This document shows positions 34,150 to 41,411 of a stretch of DNA of 41,411 bases, piece by piece. Source of the DNA: a virus (Duplodnaviria; Caudoviricetes); the IMG/VR virus record IMGVR_UViG_3300027798_000088, positions 1 to 41,411 of that record, one strand, 5' to 3'. The notes below the pieces were generated by a model. That model searched no databases and was not told the origin of the DNA. It saw only the letters and a program-made list of their open reading frames with translations. Both the position numbers and the translations under genes were made by a program. The stretch's first letter is position 1, and each line of letters opens with the position of its first letter.

Positions 34150-37100
34150 ATGGCATTAAGTTCACCAGGCGTAGAAGTCAAAGTAATTGACGAATCATTT
34201 TATACACCAGCAGAGCCTGGCACAGTACCTTTAATTATTGTTGCCACTGCTGAGAATAAATCAAATGGCGGAGGAACCGGAACCGCCCCGGGTACACTTG
34301 CTGCCAATGCAGGGGAAGTATATCTCCTAACAAGCCAGAAAGATCTTGCAGACAACTTTGGAGATCCTATCTTCAAGACAGATGCGAGCGGCAATCCAGT
34401 ACACGCTGGCGAGCAAAACGAATACGGTCTACAGGCTGCATACAGTTTACTAGGTGTTAGCAATCGCGCATACGTTGTACGTGCAGACGTTGACCTAGCA
34501 GAATTGGATGCTAGTGCTACAGAACCTAACTCAAATCCAGCTAATGGAACACATTGGTTAGACACTAGTATTTCGGCTTTTGGTATTTTTGAATGGAACG
34601 GCGCATCTGCAACAACAAGCAGTGGTCAGAAATTTACAAATAAAGTTCCTCTAGTAATTACAGATTCAACAAGGGTTGATCCGTTAACTGGTGGGCCGAA
34701 AACATCAGTTGGTGCAGTAGGCGACTATGCTATTGTTTCAGTTGATACTGATTCAGATACTCCTGCACTTACTACACTACACGGCGATATCTTAGGAGCA
34801 CGCCAGTCTGACAACACCGTATGGTATAGAAGTCGTGGAGTTGCTCCGGGGCAAACTACCGGACAGTGGGTACAAGTTGGCCAATCAGACTGGTTTAAAT
34901 CTCAACCAACAGTTGCTAGTAGCAAATCTAACCCTACAATTACCAGTGGTCAAACATTAATTGTTAACGGTAGTAGTTTTACCGGTAATGCAAGTCTTGC
35001 AGCACTGGTAACAGCTATTAATGCTACCCCTCCAACAGGAGTGTCAGCAGCAGCAGTTAACGGTAAATTAGAATTATATTTTGATACTACTGCATTAGGA
35101 CTATCTGGTGAGACCAGCACCACTTCTAACGGTATTAATCTAGGAGGCACTGCCGCATTACTAACAGAATTGAATTTACTCAGTACTACTACATATTTTG
35201 CACCTGCCTTACAGATTAGCAAACACACAGTAGTACCGCAGTGGAAGTCTAGCGCAGTTGCTCCTCGTCCTACAGGTAGCGTATGGATTAAAACAACCGA
35301 AGCTAACTTAGGCGCACGTTTCCGTGTTAAGCGTTGGAACGGTACTACCTTAGCATGGGAAACAGTAAGTGCTCCGTTGTATCCTAACAATCATTCAGCA
35401 CTGTACGAATTAGATGTTACTGGTGGCGGCACAAATCTACCAGTTGGGCAATTATATGTTCAAACAAATCATTCAGAAGATGTAGGGTTTGATGGAACTC
35501 CAAAATTAGCAAACTATCGAATTTGGAGAAGAGGTGCTGTAGGCGCAACTACAATTACATCTGAGATTATAACAACTCAGGTAACTGCAGGAAGTAAATC
35601 TTTTATTATTGCAGAAAGTTTGTTAGCAAGTCCTACATTAGGTGATTATAATTTAAACGGAACATACTCGTCTAAAACTATAACATTTACAGCAGCAGGC
35701 GCAGCAGGAGATGCTGATACCATTGCTGGAGCAATTAATGCCGCAGGATTTACTAATATTGTTGCAGAAGTTGATTCTAAAAATAGAATTGTAATTAGTC
35801 ATTTATTAGGCGGCGATTTCCGAGTTAAAAACGGAACTGGTACCCCATTTACTGCAATGGGATTCTCAGCATATGACTATGAACCATCGAGTGGTACATT
35901 TGGCAGCGGAACAAGATTTGTTTCAACTGCGCCGGCTGGTGATGCAGATAGTAGTTTTGTTGTAAGCAACTGGGAACCATTAGTATACGCAGCAAGTGCC
36001 GATGCTCCTGCTAGAATTCCTGAAGAAGGCCAATTATGGTACAGCTCAGTTATTGACGAAATTGATATCATGATCCATGATGGCAGCGACTTTGTTGGCT
36101 ACAAGACAGCAACAAGTCCGTATTTTGCTAATGGTACAGATCCAGCTGGTCCTATTGTATCAGCTACTGCTCCAGAAAACGGTGATCGTTCTGACAGCGG
36201 AAATCTTGTAACTGGAGACTTATGGATTGATACTAGCGACTTAGAAAACTTCCCACAAATCTACAGATTTAATGCAGCTTTAGCAAGTTTACCTGTATCT
36301 AAGCGTTGGGTATTAGTCGACAAGACAGACCAAACAACAGAAGACGGTGTACTATTTGCCGATGCTCGTTACAATACTGCTGGTGCAAACAGCTACGAAG
36401 CAGGGGCAATCGAAGACTTGTTAACTAGTAACTATGTTGATCCGGATGCTCCGGATCCAGCACTATACCCACAAGGTATGTTGTTATGGAATCTACGTAG
36501 AAGCGGATACAATGTAAAATCATTCCGTCGTGATTATATCAATATTGCTGAAGACAATCCACGTTACGATCCAACTAACACAGGCGGCGAAGCAATGGCT
36601 GCTTATTACACACATCGTTGGGTTACTGTGTCTAGTAACCAAGACGACGGTTCTGGTAGCTTTGGCCGTAAGGCACAGCGTAAGGTAGTTGTTACAGCTC
36701 TACAAGCAGCAGTTAACAGCAACGATGCAATGCGTGATGACGAGCGTAGAGTGTTTAACTTAATTGCCTGCCCTGGTTATCCAGAGCTAATTGGTGAAAT
36801 GATTACTCTAAACTACGATCGTGGCCTAACAGCATTTGTAGTAGGTGACACACCTGCTCGTTTAACACCTGATGCAACAAGTCTATTGAAGTGGGGTTCT
36901 AATGAACTACTGGCCAACGAAGACAATGACATCGGTGCAACCAGCTTTGATGAGTACATGGGCATGTTCTATCCATGGGGCTTCTCAAGTGACAACTTTG
37001 GTAATAACGTAGTTGTTCCTCCAAGCCATATGATTCTAAGAACTATTGCTCTAAGCGATCAAGTTAGCTATCCGTGGTTTGCACCAGCTGGTGTACGTCG

Positions 37101-37605
37101 TGGCGGTATTACTAACGCAACAGCCGTTGGTTATATCACTGCAGAAGGCGAGTTCAGCAGTGTGGCATTAAATGGTGGGCAACGTGATACATTGTATGAG
37201 CAGAAGATTAACCCGATCACTTTCCTAACAGGTACAGGTTTAGTCAACTACGGTCAAAAGACTCGTGCTCGTGCAGCAAGTAGTTTAGATCGTATCAATG
37301 TAGCACGTCTAGTAATTTACATGCGTAGACAATTAAATGCGTTGGCTAAGCCATACATCTTTGAACCTAATGATAAGATCACTAGAGATGAGATTAAAGG
37401 TGCAGTTGAATCTCTATTATTAGAGTTAGTAGGACAACGTGCTCTATACGACTATATAGTAGTATGCGACGAGTCCAACAACACACCTAGTAGGATTGAT
37501 CGTAATGAGTTATGGATTGACATTGCTATTGAACCAGTCAAAGCAGTTGAATTCATTTATATTCCATTGCGCTTGAAGAACACTGGCGAGATCGCAGGTC
37601 TATAA
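34150..37605 (+). CDS. gp18: Contractile tail sheath protein (T4 gp18-like) with large insertions
   Basis: N-terminal LSSPGVEV..IDES; C-terminal YPWFAPAG.RRG, LY...INPI, GQKT, SLDRINVARL, FEPND..TR, VCDE.NNTP..IDRNEL.IDI.I.P.KA.EFIYI. Confidence 0.95.
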   Translation: MALSSPGVEVKVIDESFYTPAEPGTVPLIIVATAENKSNGGGTGTAPGTLAANAGEVYLLTSQKDLADNFGDPIFKTDASGNPVHAGEQNEYGLQAAYSLLGVSNRAYVVRADVDLAELDASATEPNSNPANGTHWLDTSISAFGIFEWNGASATTSSGQKFTNKVPLVITDSTRVDPLTGGPKTSVGAVGDYAIVSVDTDSDTPALTTLHGDILGARQSDNTVWYRSRGVAPGQTTGQWVQVGQSDWFKSQPTVASSKSNPTITSGQTLIVNGSSFTGNASLAALVTAINATPPTGVSAAAVNGKLELYFDTTALGLSGETSTTSNGINLGGTAALLTELNLLSTTTYFAPALQISKHTVVPQWKSSAVAPRPTGSVWIKTTEANLGARFRVKRWNGTTLAWETVSAPLYPNNHSALYELDVTGGGTNLPVGQLYVQTNHSEDVGFDGTPKLANYRIWRRGAVGATTITSEIITTQVTAGSKSFIIAESLLASPTLGDYNLNGTYSSKTITFTAAGAAGDADTIAGAINAAGFTNIVAEVDSKNRIVISHLLGGDFRVKNGTGTPFTAMGFSAYDYEPSSGTFGSGTRFVSTAPAGDADSSFVVSNWEPLVYAASADAPARIPEEGQLWYSSVIDEIDIMIHDGSDFVGYKTATSPYFANGTDPAGPIVSATAPENGDRSDSGNLVTGDLWIDTSDLENFPQIYRFNAALASLPVSKRWVLVDKTDQTTEDGVLFADARYNTAGANSYEAGAIEDLLTSNYVDPDAPDPALYPQGMLLWNLRRSGYNVKSFRRDYINIAEDNPRYDPTNTGGEAMAAYYTHRWVTVSSNQDDGSGSFGRKAQRKVVVTALQAAVNSNDAMRDDERRVFNLIACPGYPELIGEMITLNYDRGLTAFVVGDTPARLTPDATSLLKWGSNELLANEDNDIGATSFDEYMGMFYPWGFSSDNFGNNVVVPPSHMILRTIALSDQVSYPWFAPAGVRRGGITNATAVGYITAEGEFSSVALNGGQRDTLYEQKINPITFLTGTGLVNYGQKTRARAASSLDRINVARLVIYMRRQLNALAKPYIFEPNDKITRDEIKGAVESLLLELVGQRALYDYIVVCDESNNTPSRIDRNELWIDIAIEPVKAVEFIYIPLRLKNTGEIAGL

Positions 37606-37621
37606 TTAAAGGAATAATAAC

Positions 37622-38263
37622 ATGGCAATCGCTTCATTAACAAAATTTACAGTACCTTTAGCTAGCGACCAATCCGCTAGCACACAAGGTATGTTGATGC
37701 CAAAACTAAAATATCGCTTCCGTGTGATGTTTGAAAACTTTGGCGTATCAACACCTACTACTGAACTTACTAAACAAGTACAGACAGCAGCTCGTCCAAA
37801 CGTACAGTTTGCTAACCAAGTAATTGAGATTTACAACAGTAAAATTAACTATGCAGGCAAGCAAACATGGCAGCCAATGGCCATTACACTACGTGATGAC
37901 GTATCAGGTAATGTTTCTAAACTAGTTGGCGAACAACTACAGAAACAATTTGACTTTGCAGAGCAGTCGAGTGCCGCAGCAGCTATCGACTACAAGTTTA
38001 CACTAAGACTTGAAATCTTAGACGGCGGTAACGGTATTAACGCAGCCAATGTTTTAGAAACATGGGAGTGCTATGGTTGCTACTTAACAACAGTTAACTA
38101 TCAAACTTTAGGCTACGGTGAACAAGGTGCTGTAACAATTGATCTTTCTATCCAGCCAGATAACTGTATCCAAGTACCGGGCGGTTCAAGCCTAGGTGGT
38201 GTTGGTACAGCAATTGCTCGTGCAGTAGGCACCGCAGCAACTGGTCCAGGTACAAGAGCCTAA
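37622..38263 (+). CDS. gp19: Tail tube protein (T4 gp19-like)
   Basis: Directly follows the sheath; PKLKYRFRV.F...RP......I..YNS...YAGK.TW....TLRDD...E.W...GC.L; SD AAGGA. Confidence 0.85.
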   Translation: MAIASLTKFTVPLASDQSASTQGMLMPKLKYRFRVMFENFGVSTPTTELTKQVQTAARPNVQFANQVIEIYNSKINYAGKQTWQPMAITLRDDVSGNVSKLVGEQLQKQFDFAEQSSAAAAIDYKFTLRLEILDGGNGINAANVLETWECYGCYLTTVNYQTLGYGEQGAVTIDLSIQPDNCIQVPGGSSLGGVGTAIARAVGTAATGPGTRA

Positions 38264-38264
38264 T

Positions 38265-38291
38265 AAAAAAGCACCGAAGGGTGCTTTTTTT
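38265..38291. terminator. Rho-independent terminator, potentially bidirectional
   Basis: AAAAAAGCACC-GAAG-GGTGCTTTTTTT. Confidence 0.9.
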
Positions 38292-38328
38292 ATGACCATG
38301 CATTAACTGCGTGGTTAATCTTTTCGGC

Positions 38329-38334
38329 TAAATA
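38329..38334 (+). promoter_or_regulatory. Late promoter core TAAATA, 5 nt before ATG
   Basis: GCTAAATATTTGT-ATG after the terminator; no SD. Confidence 0.7.
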
Positions 38335-38339
38335 TTTGT

Positions 38340-39410
38340 ATGACCAGTAAAGCCACCAAACAGTTTGTCAATAACCTAACACATGCTAAAGGCCTCATGG
38401 GCGATTATGCCCACGCAGCCAGGATGTTTGTCGATGACGACATGCGGTTGGCGCCAAAGTTAAAATTTCAATACCATGTAAGTTTTAGCATCAACAGTCA
38501 AGCATTAAAAAGTTTAAATTTTAAATTTCAACATCAAAATGAAATTAACATGTTGGTTAAAACTGCTGAGTTACCTAAATTTCAAATTGCTACCGAAACC
38601 TTAAATCAATATAATAGAAAAAAAGTTGTACAAACTAAGATTGATTACCAACCTGTGAATATAGTATTCCACGAAGACAACTTTGGAGTTGTTAGACAGC
38701 TATGGGAAAACTATTATGGTTATTACTATGCCGATGCAGAAGCTAGTAAAATCTACGGAAACTATAATAGAACTGCAATGTTAGGCCCTGGATTTATTAG
38801 AACACCTTACGGCCTAGACAACAACAGTAGTATTCCGTTTTTTAACAATATTACAATATATCAATTTGCTCGAAGACAATTTACCAGTGCAACATTAGTT
38901 AATCCAGTGATTTCGCAGTGGAGTCATGACACTATGAATTATGCAGATAGTAGTCCTGCACAGAACACTATGACCTTAGCATACGAAGCAGTAAACTACG
39001 GATCAGGATCTGTATCACCGAACAATCCGCCAGGATTTGGTGTTGATCACTATGACACAACACCTAGTCCTCTGTCATTAGGCGGTGGCGGTACTGCCAC
39101 AGTGTTCGGCAGTGGTGGTGTGCTTGCAGGAGTTTCTGATGTATTTGGCCGAGTCGCATCAGGCCAGGCATTTAACAGTCCTTTAGATTTTATCAGTACT
39201 GCTATTACAGCAGTCAACACCTATCAGAATTCAAAGAATTTAACCAAAGCAGGAGTTAGTCAAGAATTTACCAATATTGCGGTTAAGGGAATAACTAATG
39301 TAGGCCGTGCTGGAGCAGGGTCAATAAACAATACAGTGTTTCCCGTTAACGATTCCGGAAACGCAAACATAACAGTTGCTAAACCTAGAAGCATAAACGG
39401 CGGTGGCTAA
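38340..39410 (+). CDS. Tail tube-like protein (gp19/gp54 family, tube initiator candidate)
   Basis: LP.F....E..NQYNRK......I.Y.PV.I.F..D......LW..Y...I.IYQ...L.NP.I......M.LAYE resembles the tube fold; Gly-rich C-terminal tail. Confidence 0.6.
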   Translation: MTSKATKQFVNNLTHAKGLMGDYAHAARMFVDDDMRLAPKLKFQYHVSFSINSQALKSLNFKFQHQNEINMLVKTAELPKFQIATETLNQYNRKKVVQTKIDYQPVNIVFHEDNFGVVRQLWENYYGYYYADAEASKIYGNYNRTAMLGPGFIRTPYGLDNNSSIPFFNNITIYQFARRQFTSATLVNPVISQWSHDTMNYADSSPAQNTMTLAYEAVNYGSGSVSPNNPPGFGVDHYDTTPSPLSLGGGGTATVFGSGGVLAGVSDVFGRVASGQAFNSPLDFISTAITAVNTYQNSKNLTKAGVSQEFTNIAVKGITNVGRAGAGSINNTVFPVNDSGNANITVAKPRSINGGG

Positions 39411-39412
39411 CA

Positions 39413-39787
39413 ATGGTTGATAAAAATCAAAACTTTCCCTCAGAAGGTACATCAAGCTCAGAAGAAGTTAGAGCATTCTTTGACAAGTATTTTCTACATC
39501 AGATAACATTTCCAACAAATCAAATTGACGCAGTATTCGGATATTTTCTAAAGCGTGGCTTTGACGAAGCTGCTGCTAGAAGTGTTAGTATAGTGTTATT
39601 AAATCAAGCAAGATTAGAAAACATTAATCCTTTTAAACTTATCGATACTTTAAAAGGTGTAACTGATGCACAACTAAGTTCAGTAGTTGCAGAAGTACAA
39701 AATGTATACAGAGAAAAAACTTCCTTCTTAGGGTTTAAACTAGCCAGCGTAGAAGAAACTACAGAAAGCAGAAATATTAAACAATGA
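39413..39787 (+). CDS. Hypothetical protein
   Basis: 124 aa, closely coupled to both neighbours; no family recognised. Confidence 0.6.
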   Translation: MVDKNQNFPSEGTSSSEEVRAFFDKYFLHQITFPTNQIDAVFGYFLKRGFDEAAARSVSIVLLNQARLENINPFKLIDTLKGVTDAQLSSVVAEVQNVYREKTSFLGFKLASVEETTESRNIKQ

Positions 39788-40224
39788 GTCGCAGATTTGC
39801 CCAAGGTAAGTATACAGTTGTAAACCCAGAGAAGTATGTAGGCAATCGTCAACCTACATACAGAAGTAGTTGGGAGTGGCAGTTTATGCGATTCTGCGAT
39901 AACAATCCTAACATTATAAAATGGGCTAGTGAAGCAGTAAGTATACCTTACAAAGATCCGTTTACTGGTCGACAGACAATTTATGTACCAGATTTTTTTA
40001 TACAGTATGCAGATAAAAACAATAAAATCCAAGTCGAGTTAATTGAAGTCAAACCGCAGAATCAAACACTACAAGAAAAAGTTGGCAAGAATCGCAACAA
40101 CCAACTGCAGTATGCAAAGAATCAAGTAAAGTGGCGAGCAGCATACGCATGGTGCGCACGACAAGGTATTAAATTTAGAATACTTACCGAACAAGACTTA
40201 TTCCATAATGGCAGAGTAGGATAA
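39784..40224 (+). CDS. gp4: Head completion nuclease (T4 gp4-like, TnsA-type PD-(D/E)xK)
   Basis: G.Y...NP.KY.G....YRSSWE..FM..CD.NP.I..W.SE...IPY..YVPDF...IEVKP..QT...KW.AA..WC...G..F.ILTE. Confidence 0.88.
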   Translation: MSRRFAQGKYTVVNPEKYVGNRQPTYRSSWEWQFMRFCDNNPNIIKWASEAVSIPYKDPFTGRQTIYVPDFFIQYADKNNKIQVELIEVKPQNQTLQEKVGKNRNNQLQYAKNQVKWRAAYAWCARQGIKFRILTEQDLFHNGRVG

Positions 40225-40232
40225 GTAATATT

Positions 40233-40712
40233 ATGAAAAAACTTGAAGAAATTCTAAACTTGCCCGAAAGCAAAAAAACTATTAAAAAAGCTGAGAAAGA
40301 ACAATCTGTAGAAGCTGTGCAACCACTGCTTAGAGACATGTCAGAGTTTGACAAAATTGCAGCGGCCTTACCACAGGTTAAAGGGCTAGGCGATATCAGC
40401 GATACTGAGTTTGATGCACTGGCTCAACGTGCTACAGATGCATTTGATGACCTAATGGATCTAGGAATGAATGTAGAAGCAAGATATTCCGGAAGAGTTT
40501 TTGAGGTAGCAGGGTCAATGCTTAAAAATGCAATTGATGCAAAAGCAGCAAAAATTGATAAAAAACTAAAGATGATCGAACTGCAGATCAAGAAACAAAA
40601 ACTTGATCAAGACGCAAATCAAGATGATCAAGGTATAGATGTTTCAGGCACGGGCGTTATTGTTACGGATCGTAACAGCCTTATCGAAAAACTTAAAAAT
40701 ATGAATAAATAA
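40233..40712 (+). CDS. Probable terminase small subunit (T4 gp16-like)
   Basis: 159 aa, helical; R.FEVA..ML..A..A..K...LQ.KK and a C-terminal V..DRN.L..KL resemble gp16 architecture; TAAGTA promoter variant at 40222-40227. Confidence 0.5.
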   Translation: MKKLEEILNLPESKKTIKKAEKEQSVEAVQPLLRDMSEFDKIAAALPQVKGLGDISDTEFDALAQRATDAFDDLMDLGMNVEARYSGRVFEVAGSMLKNAIDAKAAKIDKKLKMIELQIKKQKLDQDANQDDQGIDVSGTGVIVTDRNSLIEKLKNMNK

Positions 40713-40730
40713 TAGACTAGGACTGCGAGC

Positions 40731-41336
40731 ATGAAATCATTTGTAGAATATCTATCAGAAAGCCAGGAAGCAAAAAAGTATGCTTTCAAAATTAAAATAG
40801 CAGGAGATCTTCCAGAAAACTGTGAAGATGTAATGGAAACTGCTCTTAAAAAATACGAAGTAGCTAAGTTTGCAAAAACTAAAACTACCCCTATTCAAAG
40901 TAAACTTCCAGATTTTCCACAAATGGAAAATGCTGCCGTGACAGTGTTTGATGTTGAGCTTACATATCCAACAACCAGTACTGTATTACACAATTACCTA
41001 ATTCAAGAAACAGGTGTTGATTCTTGCTGTATCAAAGTGCGTAGTCCTTTAGAAGAAGCAGAAGCAGAATTAAATGCTGAAAATCAAGAGATGGAAAAAG
41101 GCAAAGCTCTTTTAACACAAGATTACCAAAAAGAAAATAATCAAAATACAGTAGGCGACAAAGGTGTTAGTAATTTCTTAAAAGAATTATCTAAGGCTCG
41201 TAAAGATACAGAACCTACACAGTATAAAGGCGTGAATGATGCTATTCTAGCAAAGAAAGCTCCTAAAGAAAAATCACAAGAACAAGCTAAACCTGTTGCT
41301 GGCAAAAGTCCAATTGGTTCTGCTAAAGGAAAATAA
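40731..41336 (+). CDS. Hypothetical protein with capsid-targeting-like N-terminus
   Basis: 201 aa; MKSFVEYLSE resembles the T4 internal-protein targeting sequence MKTYQEFIAE; TAAATA at 40706-40711. Confidence 0.6.
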   Translation: MKSFVEYLSESQEAKKYAFKIKIAGDLPENCEDVMETALKKYEVAKFAKTKTTPIQSKLPDFPQMENAAVTVFDVELTYPTTSTVLHNYLIQETGVDSCCIKVRSPLEEAEAELNAENQEMEKGKALLTQDYQKENNQNTVGDKGVSNFLKELSKARKDTEPTQYKGVNDAILAKKAPKEKSQEQAKPVAGKSPIGSAKGK

Positions 41337-41338
41337 TT

Positions 41339-41411
41339 ATGAACTTTAACGAACTATTCCAGAAAATGAGAGAGCTGGATCAACCAGTAACTGAAGAACC
41401 AAATGAAGGTA
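41339..41411 (+). CDS. Partial CDS truncated by window end
   Basis: SD AAGGA, then ATG AAC TTT... MNFNELFQKMRELDQPVTEEPNEG, open to the end of the window. Confidence 0.6.
   Translation, partial: MNFNELFQKMRELDQPVTEEPNEG

Noticed and set aside
28270-40032. Antisense ORFs at 28270, 29634, 33398, 34200, 34950, 35877 and 39604
   Set aside because: They lie opposite clearly identified genes and have no coding signatures.
39784-40224. Tn7-like transposon suggested by the TnsA-type nuclease
   Set aside because: The sequence and context match T4 gp4 head-completion nuclease; no TnsB, TnsC or transposon ends are present.
1-41411. Stop-codon reassignment, as seen in some large phages
   Set aside because: Genes up to 7.6 kb are open under the standard code, coding density is high, and TAA, TGA and TAG all end plausible genes.
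1-41411. CRISPR array, tRNA, intron or intein
   Set aside because: Intergenic gaps are short, with no repeat-spacer pattern or cloverleaf; core genes are uninterrupted and I saw no intein terminal motifs.

Overview
This 41.4 kb window is the virion-structure (late) region of a large T4-like myovirus. It is AT-rich, uses the standard genetic code and has Shine-Dalgarno sites. In order it holds: (1) the probable C-terminus of the major capsid protein, a terminator and a structured leader; (2) about 26 kb of fibre/appendage genes, with two paralogous pairs of giant modular proteins (1166/1262 aa and 1836/2543 aa) and three paralogous ~110-aa adaptors; (3) an AT-rich island of three 2OG-Fe(II) oxygenases; (4) a minus-strand gp14-gp15-Nudix operon divergent from gp13; (5) dNMP kinase, an HNH-like gene, a 1151-aa tail sheath, the tail tube, a tube-like protein, gp4 nuclease, a probable small terminase and probable internal head proteins. 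The main leads are: four phycobiliprotein-like CxRD helical modules in the 2543-aa virion protein; a D-[DG]-S-[TS]-type motif repeatedly placed in inserted loops across six virion proteins (a candidate modification sequon); TAAATA late promoters 5-7 nt before ATG, implying leaderless mRNAs, including a 5-codon uORF in a three-hairpin leader; and a T4-style hairpin around the sheath late promoter. All calls come from motif recognition by eye; no database searches or computations were run.
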